The notes under the pieces: generated by a model | Seen by the model: only the letters and a program-made list of their open reading frames with translations | The model's database searches: none | What the model was told of the DNA's origin: nothing | NCBI GenBank assembly: GCA_027923505.1 | Contig: BROI01000014.1 | Coordinates: 434,001 to 498,000 of the forward strand | Reading direction: 5' to 3' | DNA from: Mayamaea pseudoterrestris | Taxonomy: Eukaryota | DNA: 64,000 nt | Translations under genes and position numbers: made by a program | Part shown: positions 25,183-36,614 of the stretch, in pieces | How the letters are laid out: each line of letters begins with the position of its first letter | How positions within the stretch are numbered: the first letter of the stretch is position 1

Positions 25183-25464
25183 ATGTCACTCCGTGGCAGT
25201 CATAGCAGCATAAACAGCAGCTCTCTCGAAAATCTGGCCTTTCGAGCTCTCCAATCCGATCCACGTGACGACTCGACATGGTTGATTCAATCCATTGTCG
25301 CACTGATTGCCTTGTTCTTTGTATTTAGCGTCTATCAGTTTGTTCTCAGTCGGTGCTGTCAAAAGTGTCTTGCGAACATTAGCACCAATGCTGACAATGC
25401 CGACTGTCGCACCACAACTCGTCCGTTTCGTGTCACGCTCATTCCTTCGATGTTCGACTCATAA
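25183..25464 (+). pseudogene. Truncated chimeric copy of the RING gene 5' end at the duplication junction
   Basis: First ~74 codons match 29424 onward except one SNP. The frame then crosses the junction at 25403/25404 into asparaginase upstream sequence and stops. Confidence 0.85.
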
Positions 25465-25491
25465 CGAGTCGAAACCCTTGACATTATCACC

Positions 25492-26850
25492 ATGCTGAAG
25501 GCATTGCATCGCAGCTGCAAAAGGCCACTTTTGCAGAGACATGTCAATCGAACAGCAGGGATTCGCTGCTGGGCTTCGACGGAAAACAATACTATTCGAA
25601 AACTCATGGGCGAATCGCTCCAGCCACCAGCAGGCCAACTTTGGAAGGCAGTAGACAATCACATTGCAGCTGACAAGCAACTAGACCAATCATTTATTCC
25701 CCAAGTACCACTGCATCATCGCGACGGAAGACACCGAAAGCGAGTCCTTGTGCTTTGCACCGGCGGCACTCTTACCATGGCACCAGACCCAAAGCAAGGC
25801 GGTGCACTGGCGCCAGTGCAAGGCTCGCTGTCAAAGTATATGCGGGAAATGAAGGAGCTCCAAAACGACGACATGCCGGAAGTGACACTTCACGAGTACG
25901 CGCCGTTTGTCGACTCCTCCGACCTTGGACCGGCCGATTGGGCGAGGCTGGCCCACGACATTTACGACAACTATCTGCACTTTGACGGCTTCGTCGTTAT
26001 CACGGGGACGGATACCATGGCATACGGTGCAACCGCCCTATCATTTATGCTTGAGAATCTTGGTAAACCAGTTGTGTTTACGGGAGGTCAGATTCCGCTA
26101 TGCGAACCGTACAATGATGGACGTAACTTGATCATGGCATTGATCTTTGCGACTCGAGATTCCATCAATGAGGTGACAATTTTCTTTCACGATCGTTTAC
26201 TGAGAGCATGTCGATCCACCAAGGTCAATACGCATCAGCTATTAGCGTTTGACTCGCCGAATATTGATCCACTGGCAACGATTGGCATTACCATTGACGA
26301 GAACGAGCATCTGTTTCTGCCACCAGCCAAGGGTGCGCTGCGAGTTCATTCTCGCATGGAGACGCGCTTGCTCACGATTCGACTAGTTCCAGGCTTTGAC
26401 GACGGCATGCTGACGCAAATGATCAAACACAATGTGGACAGCGAGTCACTCAAGGCACTTGTGTTGCAGTTATATGGAACTGGAAACCTTCCATCAAACA
26501 AGCATGCATTCATTCAACTGCTTGCGGATGCGAACGAAAAGGGCATCTTAGTGGTTGCAGCTACGCAGTGCTACACTGGCAACGTTCTAATGGGCCACTA
26601 CGCTGTGGGCAAGGCGCTTGAAAGCGCTGGAGTGATTTCTGCGGGCGACATGACGGTCGAAGCCATTGCTGCCAAGGTTGGCTACTTGTATGGTCGCGGT
26701 GATTTGAGTCAGCAAGAGATTGCATCATTGTTTCCCGTGCCGCTGCGAGGAGAAGTGACTCCGAAGGAAGCCTTGTCGCCGCCGCCCCTCTCGAGTGCTT
26801 TTCAGCGAGGTATGAGCCAGCATGTCGGTGGTCGGTTCCGCTCCTACTGA
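25492..26850 (+). CDS. Type I L-asparaginase, copy 2
   Basis: Translation identical to copy 1. Confidence 0.93.
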   Translation: MLKALHRSCKRPLLQRHVNRTAGIRCWASTENNTIRKLMGESLQPPAGQLWKAVDNHIAADKQLDQSFIPQVPLHHRDGRHRKRVLVLCTGGTLTMAPDPKQGGALAPVQGSLSKYMREMKELQNDDMPEVTLHEYAPFVDSSDLGPADWARLAHDIYDNYLHFDGFVVITGTDTMAYGATALSFMLENLGKPVVFTGGQIPLCEPYNDGRNLIMALIFATRDSINEVTIFFHDRLLRACRSTKVNTHQLLAFDSPNIDPLATIGITIDENEHLFLPPAKGALRVHSRMETRLLTIRLVPGFDDGMLTQMIKHNVDSESLKALVLQLYGTGNLPSNKHAFIQLLADANEKGILVVAATQCYTGNVLMGHYAVGKALESAGVISAGDMTVEAIAAKVGYLYGRGDLSQQEIASLFPVPLRGEVTPKEALSPPPLSSAFQRGMSQHVGGRFRSY

Positions 26851-27197
26851 TCGGCATACCGACGAGACCGCATGAATGTGACATAAATTGCTGTGGAGTT
26901 GTTACAATGCCAGTCTTCAAGCTTACATGGGTGACAAGCTGCCAATTTAAGGGAGTAGACATGGAGGGAATGTCTGCATAGTTCTGCATCTTGAACCTTG
27001 GCCACTACCTATGGACTAATTAATCATGGCACTTAAATATTGCCCAGCATGTTGAAGGGGCCGTCTCCAAGATCAAGTGGTGTGCATATTGCTGGACTGA
27101 CAAAAGCGGACGCGGCACAAAGTGCTTACAAAACAACAAAGCTAAATAAAATGGCAGTCCTAATGAATGTACTATAAACGTGACGTGTCTGACATAT

Positions 27198-29021
27198 TCA
27201 TCGCTCAAATAGCACTGGTATATCATGCAGATGCAGATAGACCAATTCCAGGTCACTATTAATCGTCGCCAAAAACTGGCACGCTTTCTGCCGGAAACCA
27301 GGTTCGTTCGCCTGCCTTATGTAGCGACGACCAAGGCAGTTTAAAAGCACGAATGAGAATACACTGCTTGATACGCGCAAATCGTCCGCTCCCGGACAGT
27401 GCCAAAGGTATATACATTCGAGAGTCAGATTAGCTGCAAGAGCATCAGTCAGGCGCTGATATGCTTGGTTGAAGGAATCGACTGTGCATCTTGGTCCTTT
27501 TCTCAGGCAACTGTGGTCCTGGCTACTCGCATCAGTAATGCATTCGAGATGTTTCAAAGTCTGGTTCAGGCGCAAGGCATGCAAGACTTGACTGATAGTT
27601 TCAAGCGAAAAGTCCTCACTCGTCAGAAAGAGCCTTTCAACCGACTGGTTCATTGCGACCCCTGCAGCGATTCCAATGATGTCTGAATCGGCAGTCAAAG
27701 TAAATTGAAGTTCTTTTAGTCTGCATCTGTTTAAAGCAGACTTCAAGCAGATCAAAGCAGTTGAGCCAACACGCTCCCAAGTTCCCTTCACTTCCAATCT
27801 GCGTAAAGGTGTGGTCGCACTTAAATAGCTTGCCAGTAACGTCACCAAAGGGTCTGTCCAGGAGAAGTTGATTAGTCGGACATCATAAAGGCTTGAGGCA
27901 CGCATTGCCCCACTCAGGATTGCGAGCTGGCATTGCTCACTGCCTACTCCCCCTGCGCCATCATTCTCCTGACGATCCCAGCTACAACCAAATGCAAGGG
28001 TCAGAGATTCGAGATCCTCCATTCGAGGCAAGCTTTGTCCAATTGCTCCGTAAAATTCATTAGATCTTGCACCAAGGAAATAGTCGCCTAGGCGAAGCTC
28101 TTTCAATCTTAAAGAAACGGCGATTGAGTCGGACATCGTTGTCGACACCTCATTATCAGACAAAATCCAAGAGCATATGGCCAACCGCTCCAGCCGGTTC
28201 CGCTGAAAGAGTCGCGACAGCTCTAGAGCAACGGCTTTTGAAACAGGTTCCCTAACTCCCACGCCCATGCCCGACCCTTCCTGCCATGTAAAATCTACCA
28301 TAGTCTCGACTTCTACAAGATGTCGAATGCACCTTTGATCAAAAAGATCATTTACTCGATCAAACGTGAAACTTTCGAGACGGTTCATCGACTCAATGTG
28401 ACGCAAAAACACCGACGGAACGTATTGAGCGTCGGTAGATGTAATGGACACCACCAGCTTTCTGACATGCGGTATGAAGCGAATAAGTCTTGTATACGCT
28501 TCTTCCCTATCATTTGAGTCCACATGTGTATAGATGGTAACGTCAGACAGGTGTTCGCAAAGACCAAAGGCACGTCCTAGGTCATCGAGACAGCGCAAAA
28601 TCTCCGACACGTTGTCGTCATCCAAATAATCATCAAACAGATAAGCAATATGTAAAGTTTTTAATGAAAACTTCCCTTTTGTTTCAATCGCGGTAATAAA
28701 TTCTTGCCGAGCGGCTGATCTGTAGATAAGTGGAAGGAATATCTCACTTAATGTGATGTTTCTGACATTTCCATTTTCCTCGAAGTGCCAAAGATAAGAA
28801 GCATTGCATTCCAAATAATCGCCATTTATCTTTTGGATAAGAGGTTTCAAGTTCGTTTCGTAAAGGCGATCAATGAAATCATCCCAGCCTTCGTCATCGT
28901 CCGACATCATCATGTTCGCATCTTCATCACTACCGTCATCGCTCGTATCGTCCTCGTCCCTGTCATCAACAGGATCGAAGAAATCGCCGCGGTTGATAAT
29001 ATCGTCGTTATTTTCTTCCAT
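27198..29021 (-). CDS. Degenerate LRR (RNI-like) protein, copy 2
   Basis: Translation identical to copy 1. Confidence 0.7.
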   Translation of the reverse strand: MEENNDDIINRGDFFDPVDDRDEDDTSDDGSDEDANMMMSDDDEGWDDFIDRLYETNLKPLIQKINGDYLECNASYLWHFEENGNVRNITLSEIFLPLIYRSAARQEFITAIETKGKFSLKTLHIAYLFDDYLDDDNVSEILRCLDDLGRAFGLCEHLSDVTIYTHVDSNDREEAYTRLIRFIPHVRKLVVSITSTDAQYVPSVFLRHIESMNRLESFTFDRVNDLFDQRCIRHLVEVETMVDFTWQEGSGMGVGVREPVSKAVALELSRLFQRNRLERLAICSWILSDNEVSTTMSDSIAVSLRLKELRLGDYFLGARSNEFYGAIGQSLPRMEDLESLTLAFGCSWDRQENDGAGGVGSEQCQLAILSGAMRASSLYDVRLINFSWTDPLVTLLASYLSATTPLRRLEVKGTWERVGSTALICLKSALNRCRLKELQFTLTADSDIIGIAAGVAMNQSVERLFLTSEDFSLETISQVLHALRLNQTLKHLECITDASSQDHSCLRKGPRCTVDSFNQAYQRLTDALAANLTLECIYLWHCPGADDLRVSSSVFSFVLLNCLGRRYIRQANEPGFRQKACQFLATINSDLELVYLHLHDIPVLFER

Positions 29022-29423
29022 AGTTAAGTCTGATTAGTATGAATGAACGTGTCGATTGTCAGCAAGAGCGAATGACCTTTGCTTGCTTGCTTCGCATTCG
29101 CATCGATGATGCGCATCATGCAAGAATCCTACCGGTACTCAATGAGTAACGCTCCGACGCGTGAAATGGCGCGGCAGACATGGCGAAACCGTCGCGACGA
29201 AAGCAGTTACAAAGTCGGTTACCATGGAGGCGATTGCAATGAGCGTGGCAATGCCACCAAACAAATAACTGCCATTGTGTCTACTTTATAACGAGCATGA
29301 AAAGATCGTTACAAATGTGCCGAGATGCTGCCACAAAAAGCCGAGGACAACGGCCGCAGCGTGACAACATGCGAAAGAACGAATTAGCATCACCGTCGTT
29401 CGATATTCTGTAGCAGCACCATT

Positions 29424-30904
29424 ATGTCACTCCGTGGCAGTCATAGCAGCATAAACAGCAGCTCTCTCGAAAATCTGGCCTTTCGAGCTCTCCAATCCGA
29501 TCCACGTGACGACTCGACATGGTTGATTCAATCCATTGTCGCACTGATTGCCTTGTTCTTTGTATTTAGCGTCTATCAGTTTGTTCTCAGTCGGTGCTGT
29601 CAAAAGTGTCTTGCGAGCATTAGCACCAATGCTGACAATGCCGATGATGAGGAATCTGGTGCAGCTGCAAATGCCAACAAGATCTTTGCACTTTCGGATA
29701 ATCAAAGACGAGCCGTACTGGAAGCAATCTACGCGGAAAACAGCAAATTAGCCAAGGATCTTGGACTTCTTGCAAAACCTCAAGAGCAAGACAAGCATCA
29801 GCTAAAGCTACCTGATGGACAAGTTACCAAGGCCGCAATGCGCGCTGGACAGCCGGAGACTTGTCCGAGAAGCGAAGATGATCAGTCAGAATCGGACTCC
29901 ACTTGCATCGAAGTCAGATTGAGATCGAGCAACATCACTTCCGCGAAATCCCTGGAAGATCATACACATACGACTACTCAGGAGCACCTGCTGCATCCGT
30001 CAACTTCATCAGATACACCGGCTGCTATAAACGCGGATGATGGGGACCACCATGCCGTTCTTCCTGCAGTCCATGCAGACGAGAAAACTGCTGAAAACCA
30101 TGTCAACGCAGACGGGCCTTTGCATCACGATCGCAAACCTACCGATACCCATTCCGCTTCGACGCTACCGTATTTTAACTGCTGCCAGGAAGATGATTTA
30201 TCAAATCTCGCCAATGCGTCAAGCACGGACATTCAATTTCCAGTCGACATTTTTGACGCAGAAGGAGTAGTTGCTGAGCAAGTTTCACCATCGTACTCTA
30301 CTGTGACAGCATTGTCAAACACCGATGCATCATCAGTTATTGAAGAAGACGAAATTGCGACTGGAGATGATATATGGTACGTTTACCGTGCCCGCACTGG
30401 AGTACTGTACATACCATACGTTTGCCGTTTGACTCATGGCCCCTCCTTTGGTTTCGCAGTTCCATCTGTTTGAGCGGCTACGTGACACGGGATCTTTTGA
30501 CCACGTCAAAGCATTGCTCGCATGTGTTCCATAAGGTACGACCTGGTAGGGGAAGCATACGTAACAACTTGAACGGCAGCTTGACGCTAAAGTCAACTTA
30601 AATTTTATCTCCCTTGCATCTCTCATTACAGGATTGCATTATGGAGTGGCTGCAAAAGAATGACGACTGCCCCATTTGCCGAACCCGCATGGTGACCGCG
30701 TCGGAAGTCAGTCAAGCGGCTTCGACATTAGTTGGAAAAACGCGCATGGTTAGAGCGGTGGCTGCGTCTGTTGCCACTCAGCAGCAGAGAAGGCCTTCTG
30801 CTCCCTCTCGACGAATCCAAAGGGGCTCGTCGTCCAATATTCAAGCGCATGTTACCCCGCTGAGTGGAACGGTCCTAAGATCAGTGTCAATTACCTTTAC
30901 TTGA
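29424..30904 (+). CDS. Membrane-anchored RING-H2 E3 ligase, paralogue A; exons 29424-30376, 30460-30535, 30632-30904
   Basis: N-terminal TM segment. Spliced RING-H2 CSIC...CSHVFHK|DCIMEWL...CPICR. Confidence 0.88.
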
Positions 30905-31327
30905 TGCGTTCAAATTTTTAAGGTTCATAAAACTCTTCATTTTGTAACTCTAGCTGCTTTAGCTTTGACCCGGCGAGACTACAAGTACCGTACCGTAGCC
31001 AACATCGCACACTGGTTCACTTCTGGTAGCTAAGCAAGATCCTGACGTCAATGCTGACTTAGCGGTACTCAATTGCGCCTTCGAAAGAACACGCTGCCAT
31101 GGCCGCTCTGCGCCTCTCGCGCACCTCTGGCAGTTGTAACCGTCTCGCCGCGGAGCGCGGTCCACAGCAGTCAGTAACTTGCTCACAAGTTTTTGCGCTC
31201 GCACAAGAGACGAGCAAATTCATGGAAAGCTTGGATTCGGTTGCTTCTGAATCGATCCTCCAGTCAGCAGTCGCGACGATTTTTTCGAACCATTGCTCCA
31301 CCATACAAAGCCAAAATTTATTCCAAG

Positions 31328-32943
31328 ATGACATCTGCATTACGAGGCGGACTCGCTTCTACATCGCGAGACCTCGAGTCGAGTCCAGACTTGTCGTCGA
31401 CTTGGTTCATTGGAGTCATTGTCGCTCTGATTGTCTTATTTTATCTCATTTGCGTATACCAATGCCTCATTAGCTACTGCCGCAAACTCTTTGGGCGCGA
31501 ACCGATTGCGCCTCAAGCAACAACCGGCACAGTCATTGTCCACGATGGAAGGGTGTTCAACTTGACGGAGGATCAGCGGCGCGCCGTTCTTGAAACAATC
31601 TACGCCGATAATAGCAAGCCAGCGACGGATCTTGATGTATCGCCAAAAGGAAGAAGGAAACGACGACAACGAGGTTTTGGAAAGGAATCTGCTTCCGATG
31701 ATGAGCATGTTGACGTAGAGAAGGAAGAAGAGGATGAGGATGATTTTCCAGTCGACGTGGAGATACCAGAGATTGCAAAGAATGAAAGCTTGATTGCACA
31801 TCCCGACGAGCTGGACGTTGAAAATATTGACTCCTACCCTGACGTCCAGTTCCGACTAAGCACCGACATGGACGATTTTGAATCCGACTATAGCGACGCT
31901 GACGATGGACACATTGATCGAGAGTTTATTCGCGCTCGAAGCTTTAATGCGGAGGGTTCGCCGTCATCAAAATCGGATCAATCCGGGAAGCACTTGTCAC
32001 AGAGTCCGATCAAATCTGCTGTGAAACACGAAACTGAAACTGACGTTACTGCTCAACTTTTGGAAAGCGCTACTGCTATTGGTGCTGGATACAAGGTCGA
32101 GTCTCCACAAGAAGCTCCCATTCCGGAGCGCTGCGAGTCGATGGATTCGTGGGATAATCCTGAACAATCTTCAGTCCTTCTAACGTTACCGGATTTAAGC
32201 AATAGACGCTCCCGTTATGCACAAGCTCCCGACGCAGCAAATGAACCTGCAGGGACTATAGACGAAGTCGTTGAAGAGAATGATGATGCAGTCATAACTG
32301 ATAGCAATTCATTGAATAATTATCAAACAGAAGCTACCGAGAGCGCTCTGTTTGCTAATGCTCCATTGCTACGACGAGAATCATTTACAACGCAAACATC
32401 CGAATACACGTACGACGATGACAGTTGCACAACGGGCGATAACATTTGGTGAGTGAACGTGCAGACTGTGGCCCGTTTGTTTCTGAGCGGCAACTAACGT
32501 GCTCTTTTTCTTCAATGTCTCAGCCCCATTTGCTTGGGCGGATACGTCATGGGTAACATTTTGATCATGTCCAAGCACTGCTCACATGTTTTTCACAAGG
32601 TGAGTGAATGAGTGTCCTTTCGTTGCTCCGCTACGTTAACGAAATATGCGTGTGTCGTTAACCAGATTTCATTGCCACTATGTAGGAGTGCATATTGGAA
32701 TGGTTACAAAAGCACGATGATTGCCCCGTCTGTCGAGTAAGCATGGTCACAGAAACGGAAATGAATCGAGCCGCCACGTCCTTGGTCGGCAAGACGCGCA
32801 TGTACCGAGCCGTGGCCTCGATGCGCACACAAAACTTGCACCTTTCTATACCGCCATCCAACCAGAGCCCCAATGCTCGCCGATCTGACACTTCACCTTT
32901 CACTGGAACAGTAAGACGATCCGCGTCCAACTATGCCAGCTGA
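31328..32943 (+). CDS. Membrane-anchored RING-H2 E3 ligase, paralogue B; exons 31328-32448, 32524-32599, 32686-32943
   Basis: N-terminal TM segment. Spliced CPIC...CSHVFHK|ECILEWL...CPVCR. Same intron positions as paralogue A. Confidence 0.88.
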
Positions 32944-33080
32944 ACATTGTAGACGTAATGAACGCTACAGGAACGTTTTTCATGACAGCAGATTTCACCG
33001 CATTAAAGCGATGCACAATTAGCAAATGAGCACGATACTGCGTTAAAGAAAGTTATAATTCACATGTACTGACATTAGAA

Positions 33081-34795
33081 CTAATGATAGAGGTCTGAAA
33101 CTTCGCTCTTTATGCGGCCTGCAACAATTTTGTGGACAAATTGCTCGGGAATTGCAACTTCCTTCTGATCATCGCCATCCGGAAAGCTGACATTCATTTC
33201 CGAGCTGAGACTTGTAGTAAAAACGGCCAGATCGAGAACTTCCTTGCTCATGAGGTAGACTGTAATGTTAGTAGTCTTGTCAATAGTAAAGACTGGAGAA
33301 ATTCCATTAACTTGTAGTTGAATTCTCTGACAATTCACTACCTCTGTCGACGAGATCAAGTCATCGTAGAAAACGCTACACTTTGTGCATTGGTCTAGAG
33401 CTAGTGACTTGAACTTGCCGGTAACCTTGACCGTCACACCGTCGCAGTTGTACAAGTAAACTTGCTGCTTTGGATCAACAATGTTGATTGTCAAGACACC
33501 ATTCTCGTGAGACTCTCGCAGCACTGATTCACTAGTGTGATTTTCAATGACCCATTTGAAGCCCCGATCCTGATATTCAAAGACAGGAAGCCCTTTCAGT
33601 GGCTTTTTCTTCTGCGGAATCTTCTGCGGTGCAACTGGTTTTGGAGCAGCTGCTGAAGCCTCGTCGCCTTCCTTTTTAAATTCCTTCCGCCAAGTCTGCA
33701 TGTCTTTGGAGACCTATAGGTGATGCAAAGTTATAGCGCTTGCGTGAGTGCACGTTCATTCGTCCGTGTACCGTACGCACTTGCTCAAGTGTGCACAATA
33801 CTTACATGCTTCAATCCAGTCGCAGCAGAATTTCCATCCTCTGTTCGTTTCTTCGACAGCTCGCCAATTAGGCCAGCCATATTGGGAGTTGCCGTCACAC
33901 CAAGAGTTGGGCGTTTCGATGTTGGAGTCTTGGGGTACTGATCTTCATCGTCAGGCTCGTCGCTCATGCGAATCAACGTTTCCTTGAAGCTCAATCCCTT
34001 GGGATTGAACGTGAGACCAGTCTTGTGATAATCGTCAATGTATGCAATGAGTCCATCAATCATCTTCTTGAGAGCATCGCAAAACTCAATCTGCTTTTCA
34101 TCCTTGCCTCGAAAGTCTTTGCGAATGCGGTTCGTCCAATACTCGGCACTCCCAAACGTGTCGCGAACCAACGTTGCCGGACGCATGGGCGCAGCGACCC
34201 AAGAAACACAGCCAAGAGCTTCACTAACAGCCTTTTGATGAGGATCAAATGCTCGATCTAGTTTCAAGTCGCGAATTTTCTTGAGCGCATCCAGCGTCGG
34301 CTGCATCAACGGCGCAAAGGCAGCCGGCAAATCTTCCTCTGGCTTCTTTGATTTGCTTGCCAAGGTGATAATGGAGCGAAGTCCATCAAAGGCCGCAACG
34401 ACGAAACTGCCCATGCTTTCGAGCCCCTTGAGATCGTCGCAGGCATCGGCAAAATTGACAACGGCTTCCTTACAAAAGTCATCGTAGGCCTTGACGGAAG
34501 GGTCATCGCCTGCTTCCTTTACTGTGAAATCGTAACGAGAAATGGATTATCAAATGATTTGAGTTCCTTGTCAGATATACTACAACACCACTTTATCAAA
34601 CGTACAGCTCCGAATGGACAGCGCCCGGACGGGCGCCGGCTTGTTTGACGCTGTCGACTCGCTCGGCTTGACGCTCGTCGTCGTTGACGGCGGAGGCGGT
34701 GGAAGACCAACTTTGGTTTCCAACGTGGCAAGTCGACTCAGCACATCCTTCAGCAAATCCCGGAGTGGGTCGCATGCAGCATCTGGAATCGTCAT
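33081..34795 (-). CDS. CAP: Adenylyl cyclase-associated protein (CAP/Srv2), two introns
   Basis: N-terminal LSRLATLE motif, helical domain (EYWTNRIRKDF, YHKTGLTFNPKG), GLKH|VSKDMQT across an intron, and CARP beta-helix ending IPEQF. Confidence 0.92.
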
Positions 34796-35732
34796 GGTGT
34801 CGATAGTAATGCTGTGCGCGTCCAAGACCATTGTGACGGTCCGAGCGGTGCGATCGACGGATCTTGCGAGAGAGGCGATCTGTGACTGTGACCGCGAGTC
34901 ACGCTATGACTTTGCTTTGCACGATTCAATCGCCCGTTCCGCGTTTTGGTCCACTTTACAACGCAGGGGATGGGATGAGAGGCACTATAGACAGTGTAAA
35001 CGTTGAATGTATCAAGTGAACGAAAAAGATGAGCTCATCTGATCAAGCTAGTAGGGACGCGTCATACAGCCGCTCCAAAGGAATCCGTCACGCTATGTGC
35101 ATTGCGCATTGTCACGATGGCGCAGCCCCATGTGTGAGCGTCCGTTGAGCACGCAGAGACTATTTCTTTGACATGAGAACGCTAAAAGGCAAAATACTTT
35201 CAGCTTTGGAGGCATTCGCTGTGGAATATCCTTCCGAAGTTGAGTTCCATTTGCGTGTTGGCGTGCACTTTGCACTTTGCACATACCGTAGTCGTCATTA
35301 TAACTATGGATCGAAGCTGTGTATTGGCAGCTGGATGTCAGGCATCTTTTTATCTTGATCATGATTTATCTAAGAGCATTGATTTAAGATCCTAGCAATG
35401 GTACCGGTGTGCTATACGGTATTAGCTGCATTGCAATCTTTCGCGTCTGCCATGGCGGTGTCAGACCGCACGGGGCTATTGATGGGGCTCCAGCTGGCAA
35501 TAGTAAAATCGAACAATGCAGCGTGGTTTCTGAGGAGTGCGAATTCTGGAGTGTACCCTTTAGTGTACAGATTGTCCACGTCACACGCTGACATCGCATG
35601 CGGTGAGTCAGATGAATCGGATTCCGATTGGAACAAACATCGAAACGGTGCTGCTCCCCGTCAAAGTGCCCAAACACCAAGCATCTGTGTGTTTAACTTC
35701 TGTAGTTTAAGCCGGCATCTCATTCATATACC

Positions 35733-36125
35733 ATGTTCCAGGTCAAAACTATTCCGCCAGCTGCCATGTACTCTTCCGTGTTCACCTCGCGACAGCACGA
35801 GCAAATGGACGAGTCGACGACAGACTGCGCCCCGCGACTTCCCCGACGTACAAGATTCGAACCAAATTGCGACACTGCTCCACGGATCCCCTTGCGATCA
35901 TTTCGAACCGTCGATATGGGGCAGCTGTCACGAGCGCCTCCAAAGAGAGGCGTATCTCGTTGCAACTCGAGGGTTGGTGCGACTTCGCTCAACAGGCTTC
36001 ACATTCCTGGTCAAGTATCGGCGGCGAATCCTTCACAAGACGCACAAGTCTTTAATGCACTGCCTTTTACGGAGAGCCAACGAGCAACCATTTTGAAGTT
36101 CTGCATAAATTGGTGGGAAATGTGA
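35733..36125 (+). CDS. Hypothetical short protein (repeated D.APR.P.R motif)
   Basis: 130-aa ORF with two related DCAPRLPRR / DTAPRIPLR motifs. No known domain. Confidence 0.35.
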   Translation: MFQVKTIPPAAMYSSVFTSRQHEQMDESTTDCAPRLPRRTRFEPNCDTAPRIPLRSFRTVDMGQLSRAPPKRGVSRCNSRVGATSLNRLHIPGQVSAANPSQDAQVFNALPFTESQRATILKFCINWWEM

Positions 36126-36257
36126 GCTATTAAAAAGCGACTCCGAGGTTGCAAAAAACACAGCCTAATTAGTATATATAAGATATGGAAAATAGTTAAG
36201 CAATAAGTGCCCTCTCTGCGTAACTACGAAGGCCATATCATACATGCGTTGTCGTGA

Positions 36258-36327
36258 AACGTTGATGAGGTGCGCTGCTGAACGCATCATTACAACGTTG
36301 ATGAGGTGCGCTGCTGAACGCATCATT
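36258..36327. repeat. Tandem repeat, 36-bp period, two copies
   Basis: AACGTTGATGAGGTGCGCTGCTGAACGCATCATT at 36258 and 36294. Confidence 0.95.
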
Positions 36328-36356
36328 GCAATGCTAGGGCATGCAAAACCAAAAAG

Positions 36357-36434
36357 TGACTGGGACGGGATTCGAACCCGCGCCCAAAGACAACGGCCTT
36401 AACGTTGCGCCTTAGACCACTCGGCCACCCAGTC
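36357..36434 (-). tRNA. tRNA-Leu(AAG)
   Basis: Acceptor stem GACTGGG/CCCAGTC plus discriminator A, A box TGGCCGAGTGG, anticodon arm CAACG-TTAAGGC-CGTTG, B box GGTTCGAATCC, followed by a T5 Pol III terminator. Confidence 0.95.
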
Positions 36435-36614
36435 GTGTTCAATCGTGTACAATCGGGTGTCGGTCTTCCTGGTCATAAACGCTGTGGCAGGGGCATGGCA
36501 TTCGGCATGACATCGCCAATTCATGATCGCGAACATCACAAACAGAACAAGACGGAGCATCAAGAATCTGGCGGAAATCAAAGAACTTATAAGAGAGACA
36601 AACTAATCATCAGC

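Larger units (their letters stand above)
21163..29644. repeat. Direct tandem duplication, unit 4,241 bp (21163-25403; 25404-29644)
   Basis: Both units start CTGTCGCACCACAACTCG and end GACAATGCCGA. The main ORFs recur at +4241 with identical translations. One SNP seen (25376 A vs 29617 G). Confidence 0.97.

Noticed and set aside
35398..36096. 232-aa ORF and other overlapping short ORFs across the window
   Set aside because: No motifs, atypical composition, mostly alternate-frame or antisense shadows of real genes.
36262..36283. Box C/D snoRNA
   Set aside because: C and D boxes are only ~10 nt apart, too short for a guide snoRNA.
36357..36434. Suppressor tRNA, or TAA-anticodon reading
   Set aside because: The 7-nt loop TTAAGGC places AAG at the anticodon. 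It cannot decode UAG.
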